The notes under the pieces: generated by a model | What the model was told of the DNA's origin: nothing | The model's database searches: none | What the model saw: the letters and a program-made list of their open reading frames with translations, nothing else | From: Octopus bimaculoides | Lineage: Eukaryota | Direction: 5' to 3' | NCBI RefSeq assembly: GCF_001194135.2 | Contig: NC_068998.1 | Span: forward strand, 6,233,862-6,280,052 | Length of the DNA stretch: 46,191 nt | Program-made: the position numbers and the translations under genes | In this document: one piece after another, positions 41,578 through 46,191 of the stretch | How positions within the stretch are numbered: the stretch's first letter is position 1 | Layout of the letters: each line of letters starts with the position of its first letter

Positions 41578-43557
41578 GCAGAAAGGGCGGGAGAGTGGTT
41601 GAGAGAAATAGAAAGGTAGAAAAAGACAGAGATAGAGATGGAGAGGTGGAGAGGTAGAGATAGGAATAGAAAGGTAGAAAGAGACGCAGAGGAAGAAATA
41701 GAGAGGTGGAGAGGCACAGAGAGAGATGGAATGAAGTAGAGAGAGAAAGAGAGAGCAAGATAGAGAGGTAGAAAGAGAAAAGTAGAGAGATAAAGTGGTA
41801 GAGAGAGATAAAGAAAGGTAGAGTGAGAGAGATAGAGAGAGGAAAAGAGAGAGAGAGATATCAGTACAGAGAGAGAAAGAGATGAAGAAAGAAGGAGAGA
41901 GAGTTAGAGAGAGTGGTATAAGGAGCCAATGGCATAGAGAGATAAGAGGTTAAGGAGAAACAGAAGACGTGAAAGAAGGATCAAAGACGAGGAGAGAGAG
42001 AGAGAGAGAGAGAGAGTAAAGGAAGAAGGGAAACAGTATAAGAGAGAAACCGATATGATGGGAATTTAAGAGAGAACACCAGCGAAAAAATCGTGTGACA
42101 AGGCTGGCCGCTTTGAATTACAGGTACAACAGAAACAGGAAGAAGGAGAGAGAGAGAGAGAGAGAGAAAGAGGGCAGCAGGGTTCGCCACCCACCCCCTG
42201 CCGGAGCCTCATGGAGCTTTAGATGTTTTCGCTTAATAAACACTTACAACGCCCGGTCTGGGAATCGAAACCGTGATGCTACGACCGCGAGTCCGCTGCC
42301 CTAACCACTGGGCCATTGTGCCGCCACTTTGATAATATAGTCACAATGAAAAGCACAAGAAGTTGCGAATCAATATTTTCTATCGATCATGTGTATGCAC
42401 CTCTTCCTAGATCGTATATATATTTCTTGACTTGAAGATAAAAATAATAGATAAATATTTTCAGAACAGAAGAGGTGACAAAAATATAGTTTTCAAAGAT
42501 TTTTCTTTTTTCAAACAATGTAACATCATTCCTACCTATGCGGGTTTTACACCATCTGAAATAAAAAAAAAAAAAAAGAAAAGGAAAAAAAAATCCAAAA
42601 TGCTCCAGAGAAAAATATGATTTCAAAAGAAATTTGTATTTCAACGATTTTCTCTTATCTCACAAACAATCTTACAGATTGCAAAATAACCATGGATTTT
42701 CCATTGACACAACATATGGTAGCTATTATATAAACTAAAGAGTTGACTGTCACATGACGGATAACTTTGGAAGTACACTTCTACCGTTATAGTGAATATC
42801 AAGAAATTTAGTAAACGCTACAATAATTATTTACTTTACATCAAATTTCTTGGTTCTTGTACAAAATCCTGAAACAATCTTTTATTTTTTATCTACTACT
42901 TGTTTCAGTCATTAGACTGCGGCCATGCTGGGGCACTGTCTTGAAGAAGTTTTAGACGATGGAATCGAATCCAGTACTTATCTTTTTAAAGCCTGATAGT
43001 TTTTCTATCTATCAATTTTGCTGAACCGCTAAGTTACGGAAACGTAAACACACCTTCCTTCAGTTTCCGTCTACCAAATCCACTCACAAGGCTTGATCCG
43101 AGGGTATTGTACAAGACAATGGCCCAAGATGTTACGCAGTGGGATGTTTCGCACAACGCAGATAAATCCTGAAATTAAGGTGAATTTTAAAATTATAATT
43201 GATATGAAAATTATAAACAATATTGCTTCCGGACTCATAGAATCTATGGAGAATAAGTTCGAGAATAACTCGAAACCTTACTGCGCTGCTTCATACGGCA
43301 ACCACCCGTAAATCATAGTCTCTTCTTTTTCTCTCTCCCAACAGTTTCTGAGACCCTGGAAAAAAAATCAAGACAATGATGTGAAATAGAACTACGTACT
43401 CACCCCAGCCAATTAGTAAGAAATGCCAGAGATGCATCTTATCCGCGGAATAAGTCCAGACAACGATGATATGTAGATACAGGCCTTCAGCAAACATCCA
43501 GTAGAAGTGAGTAGACTGAAAATAGCTGAACGCTATCACAAAACCTTGACACACCCA
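15521..43557 (-). CDS. Class B1 (secretin-family) GPCR, CRF/DH44-receptor-like; partial multi-exon gene (TM3-TM7), join of 43557-43404, 26710-26650, 24211-24148, 20590-20505, 17064-16929, 15562-15521
   Basis: Six manually found exons, all with AG acceptors and GT donors, have compatible phases (0-1, 1-2, 2-0, 0-2, 2-0, 0-0) and give a stop-free 7TM segment. Class B motifs present: TM3 Cys, [20 protein letters not shown]2 [27 protein letters not shown]...FYCFLNGE. The CRF-receptor subfamily call rests on remembered similarity to CRHR1/2 and needs phylogeny. Confidence 0.93.
15680..16267 (+). mobile_element. Decayed mariner (DD34D) transposon, 3' part with frameshifted transposase pseudogene and probable degenerate right TIR
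   Basis: Translates [24 protein letters not shown]...GKTVTA, then after a frameshift near 15810 MHEK...ILLHDNVQP...[13 protein letters not shown]...GSYFD. There are 34 residues between the HDN Asp and the STDY Asp. It ends in a TIR-like gcgacatttcatgtgagaaacctta just before an N gap. Confidence 0.9.
16929..17064 (-). CDS. GPCR exon, TM6-ECL3-TM7 start ([20 protein letters not shown]...LQSFQ)
   Basis: 136 nt, cattacag acceptor, GTATCA donor, phase 2 to 0. Contains the PxxG motif (PLLG) and SFQ. Confidence 0.96.
17318..17400. repeat. (TATC)n microsatellite
   Basis: Seen directly. Confidence 0.97.
17823..18168 (-). mobile_element. tRNA-derived SINE, family A
   Basis: Reverse complement of the 2442 element; the 3' end runs into an N gap. 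Confidence 0.88.
19611..19689. repeat. (AATAT)n pentanucleotide repeat grading into (TA)n
   Basis: Seen directly. Confidence 0.95.
20208..20320 (-). mobile_element. SINE family B 3' tail fragment
   Basis: ttacttgtttgagtcactagactgcggcgatgctgggccaccgcc is the reverse complement of the family B tail. Confidence 0.68.
20505..20590 (-). CDS. GPCR exon, TM5-ICL3 ([29 protein letters not shown])
   Basis: 86 nt, cttttcaacag acceptor, GTAAGA donor, phase 0 to 2. Has TM5 Asn and the TKLR motif. Confidence 0.94.
20759..21285 (+). mobile_element. SINE family B, diverged, internal (TATC)n
   Basis: Recognisable head, core and 3' tail (ttgacaaccgatg..gagaccgatggaataag). Confidence 0.72.
22950..23041. repeat. 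Compound (GAT)n(AAT)n microsatellite
   Basis: Seen directly; forms the tail of the adjacent family C SINE. Confidence 0.97.
23037..23482 (-). mobile_element. Two tandem SINE family C copies (~23037-23240 and ~23270-23482) with (AAT)n-type tails
   Basis: Both contain tttatcgaccc/gactc..gaaaggatgagaggcaaag..cctcggcggaa.ttgaac.cagaac; the left copy abuts the (GAT)n(AAT)n tract. Confidence 0.8.
23484..23538. repeat. (TAG)n microsatellite
   Basis: Seen directly. Confidence 0.97.
24148..24211 (-). CDS. GPCR exon, ECL2-TM5 start ([21 protein letters not shown])
   Basis: 64 nt, ttcttcttctgcag acceptor, GTATGT donor, phase 2 to 0. Has the conserved ECL2 CW and DYI..P motifs. Confidence 0.92.
24300..24555. 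repeat. (TATC)n microsatellite with a 10-N gap
   Basis: Seen directly. Confidence 0.97.
25232..25675 (+). mobile_element. SINE family B, near full length
   Basis: Head, core, TG tract and tail ggtggtgccccagcatgaccacagtctaatgactgaaac. Confidence 0.85.
25706..25920 (+). mobile_element. SINE family C
   Basis: agctggcagaatcgtta..aaatgcttagaggcatttcg..ttctgagttcaaa..gtcgactttgcc; reverse complement of the 23 kb copies. Confidence 0.8.
26650..26710 (-). CDS. GPCR exon, TM4 ([21 protein letters not shown])
   Basis: 61 nt, ttctactttccag acceptor, GTAAGT donor, phase 1 to 2. Completes GWGLP. Not in the ORF track. Confidence 0.92.
26805..27058. repeat. (AC)n - gap - (GT)n inverted microsatellite pair
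   Basis: Seen directly. Confidence 0.9.
27770..28400. repeat. Long degenerate (TA)/(TATG) low-complexity tract
   Basis: Seen directly. Confidence 0.93.
29717..30180. repeat. Cryptically simple CA-rich repeat (cacacacaac-type units)
   Basis: Seen directly. Confidence 0.9.
30466..30605 (+). mobile_element. SINE family B, degenerate 5' fragment
   Basis: gcacagacgtggttgtgtggttggaaag..gggttcagttccactgc aligns to the family B head. Confidence 0.65.
30770..30888. mobile_element. Possible hAT-type MITE right end
   Basis: Ends in ggttgagaaccactg (reverse complement CAGTGGTTCTCAACC, a Charlie-like hAT TIR). No left TIR found. Confidence 0.45.
30889..31082 (+). mobile_element. Probable 3' end of another retroposon with a CAA-rich tail
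   Basis: gatgggatggtcatgagtggaacgcc..cataggtctgttcgatctagtactgacctgtggttaaaaaacaacagc resembles a retroposon 3' end; single copy here. Confidence 0.4.
32040..32166 (-). pseudogene. Possible LINE reverse-transcriptase remnant
   Basis: Minus frame [20 protein letters not shown]...ICNVQ resembles the L1/Tx1 RT motif RPISLLNTDYKILSKVL...DQ. About 40 aa only; judged by eye. Confidence 0.3.
34290..35330. repeat. Diverged local triplication (units near 34.3, 34.57 and 35.1 kb)
   Basis: ctagaattaaattaatatac.aaa.tgaag..cttatg occurs at 34567 and 35102; gtatacacattta.aa.gtgt occurs at 34338, 34622 and ~35157. Confidence 0.7.
35525..35729. mobile_element. Mariner-type MITE of about 200 bp with TA target sites
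   Basis: Left end TAcgaagtggtgctgaaaagttcccggtt and right end (reverse complement) TAcaatagggtgctgaaaggtttctggtt form imperfect ~29-bp TIRs, each bounded by TA. Confidence 0.75.
37091..37156. repeat. (GA)n microsatellite
   Basis: Seen directly. Confidence 0.97.
39775..40130 (+). pseudogene. Possible highly decayed Tc1/mariner-superfamily transposase remnant
   Basis: Pieces across frames (VHFFDE; IDGTTSYW; ATDY..QWIV) loosely match PYFF.E, QQDGA.PHW and DYL...RWIG. Needs an HMM search. Confidence 0.25.
40141..40525 (+). mobile_element. Two adjacent degenerate SINE family C copies
   Basis: ttctgagctcaaatgccg..ggggtcgatgtaat..ggccttgtgcc, followed by gaactggcagaatcgttaccgcaccggactaaatgcttagaggcatt. 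Confidence 0.72.
40575..40959 (-). mobile_element. tRNA-derived SINE, family A, most complete copy
   Basis: Matches the other copies and adds the 3' end (..ggaaccctcgacgtcgtaagcgacggagtgc on the minus strand). Confidence 0.88.
41497..42050. repeat. Purine-rich (AG) low-complexity tract
   Basis: Seen directly. Confidence 0.9.
42092..42327 (-). mobile_element. tRNA-derived SINE, family A, 5' half with an internal (GA)n expansion
   Basis: Homologous to the head and middle of family A; 3'-truncated. Confidence 0.85.
42882..43146 (-). mobile_element. SINE family B with internal deletion of the microsatellite
   Basis: The 3' tail (tgtttcagtcattagactgcggccatgctgg) joins the core (tttccgtctaccaaatccactcacaaggc) with no simple-repeat tract in between. 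Confidence 0.75.
43404..43557 (-). CDS. GPCR exon, TM3-ICL2-TM4 start (WVCQGF...EGLYL...LLIGW+G)
   Basis: 154 nt, tactttcag acceptor, GTGAGT donor, phase 0 to 1. Contains [12 protein letters not shown] and IGWG. Confidence 0.95.
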
Positions 43558-43703
43558 CTGAAAGTAATAAGAAAGAAAAATAAGGTCAGTTATAACAAGG
43601 AAAGAAAAAGGCTTCTTTATAATTTTTGTAATATTTTCTAAAAAGCAACCCTGAATCTATTTGATAATTCTTAGTTGTTACCCGAATTCTTAGTTGTTAC
43701 CCG

Positions 43704-43780
43704 AAAGGATGAAAGGCAAAGTCGACCGTGGCGGAATTTAAACTCAGAACGTAAGGACGGACAAAATACTACGAAGTACC
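43704..43780 (-). mobile_element. SINE family C fragment
   Basis: aaaggatgaaaggcaaagtcgaccgtggcggaatttaaactcagaacgtaaggacggac. Confidence 0.75.
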
Positions 43781-44693
43781 ACTTTTTTCTTTCCTAGAAT
43801 ATATTACATGCAACAAATATGAGATATTTAACCCATTACCTACCAGTGATCTTATATGAGATCACTTAAAAATTACAAATTTCGTAATTATCTGTCAATA
43901 TTTATGCATATCTAACCTTTTTGTTATATCTACTAGGTATATTTCTCTGATATTCAAATGAGGTTTGCTAATTTTTCACCCAATATCCCGCTTATTTCTA
44001 TTTAAAATGTTATTTTGATCATTCCAGCGTGTTTCTAAGGCTGCTTTATGCTAGAAATCAATAGAATTATAGGAGGTAATGGGTTAAAGATTTTACGTAA
44101 AAGAAAAACTGTCAAATATAACATTAATTCTATACAAAATATGGGCAGAATTCGAACTCAGATGGCATACATAATCTCCTTGAATTTTTTGACAAAGTTA
44201 AGGTGTGAGCAGGAGGGAGAGTTGGCTGCTATTACTAGCATACAGATCTTCCACATGCACATAACTCATGTCGCATCAGCTGTGGGATATTGATTGTTTT
44301 ATTCTGATCTCGTTCTTCAAATTGTTTTTTCTGCTTTTCCCCGACCTCTTCCCTTTGTTTACTTTACCCGCCCACTCATGTTGCTCCTTTGACATTACAT
44401 TAATGAAGAAAGTCAATAGGTTACATTTACCAGAAGGCTACTGCGCGGTTTGTTATATATACGTGCTTAGGCGTTACATGCAACACATAAACATATATGT
44501 ACAATGCGTATATTTGCACACTTATAACGTACAAATATACATGCACATACACATATGCATAGTACGTGGGCACATACATATATATGTATACACATGTATG
44601 CATTCATATCATTTGGTAAATTTGATTGAAATATCAAGCAGAACAGTATTCAAATAGAAATCAACATGTCATGTGCAATTATTTGAAATCACG

Positions 44694-44729
<36 letters not shown>

Positions 44730-45019
44730 ACATAAATTTGCAACAACCAGTATACAGAAAATTAATTGACAGACTGGTTCAGAATGTAGAAACTTATTGA
44801 TAACCGTTAAGATTGCAGTCACCTGCCGGCAATATGACCTTAGGTATGTATCGTAAACCACATTTACCACAATGCATACAAGAAAGTACACATACACTAC
44901 ACATTTGTACACACGGGAGACAGTACATAGTCGACATTGTAATAAACGTGAAAAATGGTTTAGAAAACTAATTAGGAAATACACTCTGGTTATGTGTTTG
45001 TGTGCGTTTCAATCCCCCC

Positions 45020-45056
45020 TCCCCCCTCTCTCTCTATCTCTCTCTCTCTCTATCTA

Positions 45057-45101
<45 letters not shown>

Positions 45102-45187
45102 TTGTCTGTCTGTCTGTGTATTTATTTATCTACATATCTGTCTGTAGCCTATCTATCTGTCAATCTATATATCTTTCTAGCTGTATT

Positions 45188-45223
<36 letters not shown>

Positions 45224-45247
45224 CCCACTTACCTACCTACCTGCCTA

Positions 45248-45286
<39 letters not shown>

Positions 45287-45290
45287 TCGA
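45020..45290. repeat. Compound (TC)/(TCTG)/(TATC)/(CCTA) microsatellite
   Basis: Seen directly. Confidence 0.95.
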
Positions 45291-46191
45291 GGTAGTGCAC
45301 CAGTATGGGCGCAGTCCAAAGACTTAAATAAAAGATAAAGCATTTACAACAATTAGATATTTCTGTTACTAAGTCTCCTAAGATCTTGTTTACGGTTGGT
45401 GAACCCTTGAAAATAGTTTGCACTTCCAGCATCGGTAGCATCTTTTAGACCAATTTTTAAAGTGTTCTTTCTCACAGATTGGCAATTATCCCATTCGAAC
45501 AAATGATACCATTTCTAACCAGTCTCTACAAAAACGTGACGATGATTCCGTATGATCTGTTCATGATAATATAATTCAAAGGAATATGGTCGCCTGTTCG
45601 AAGCCAAAAATGTCTTTATTTATTAACTCTGCTCAGTGTCTCATACGTTTTATTTGTTGATAGATGTGAATGAGATCACTGGAATATAAAGTTCGATCAT
45701 TTATCTCTTGATGTTTCCCGATATTTTTTTCCACGCATGACTACTTCGGCTTTTGCTAAATGGTTTTACTTGTGAAAGACTAGAATGTTGTCTGTATCTA
45801 TTATTTCTTCTTGTGTACCCTGTTTTGCCAAGTCAACTCTTTTTCTGCTTCCTCTAAGTATTACAGTGTCCAGATATCGAAACTACTGTTACTTGTTTAT
45901 TATTTTTCGCTAAATAAGCATCGAGTTTTGGGAGAATGTTCTCAGTTTTGTGTTTTTAATCCAACATTCTTTTTTCAATTGAAAATGTTTCTAGGTTCGA
46001 TAGATTTCTAATGAATAGAAGAACAATTGCTCTTACTAATATTTAAAAATGTCTTCTAACTCTATTTATATATAATTTATGTATATGTATTTCTTTAAAA
46101 ATATTCTTAATGATGTTCAAACTGGTCGCTAACAACGTGACAAGACTTTTGAGTTAAGAGAGTTCCTGGCGTTAGTAAATATGTGATTCTA

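Overview
This is AT-rich, N-gapped eukaryotic draft-genome sequence, not prokaryotic. The very dense microsatellites and the tRNA-derived SINE families look like a coleoid cephalopod (Octopus-like); this is an inference from repeat content and was not checked by a search. The main content is the 7TM part of a minus-strand class B1 (secretin-family) GPCR gene most similar to CRF/DH44-type receptors. I located six exons with canonical AG/GT sites and matching phases: 43557-43404, 26710-26650, 24211-24148, 20590-20505, 17064-16929 and 15562-15521. They splice into one open frame: [181 protein letters not shown] (TM3-TM7). The N-terminal/TM1-2 exons probably lie beyond the right edge, and I could not find the C-terminal exon. 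The introns contain a decayed mariner DD34D transposase, mariner-type MITEs, at least three SINE families in many copies, a diverged local triplication with a 66-nt hairpin, and many simple repeats. Nearly all long entries in the ORF track are artefacts of N runs or microsatellites. I found no clearly new biological system. The best leads are non-canonical residues in the receptor's polar networks (A6.42b, H3.43b), the skippable 42-nt TM7 exon next to a mariner insertion, and the intronic hairpin.
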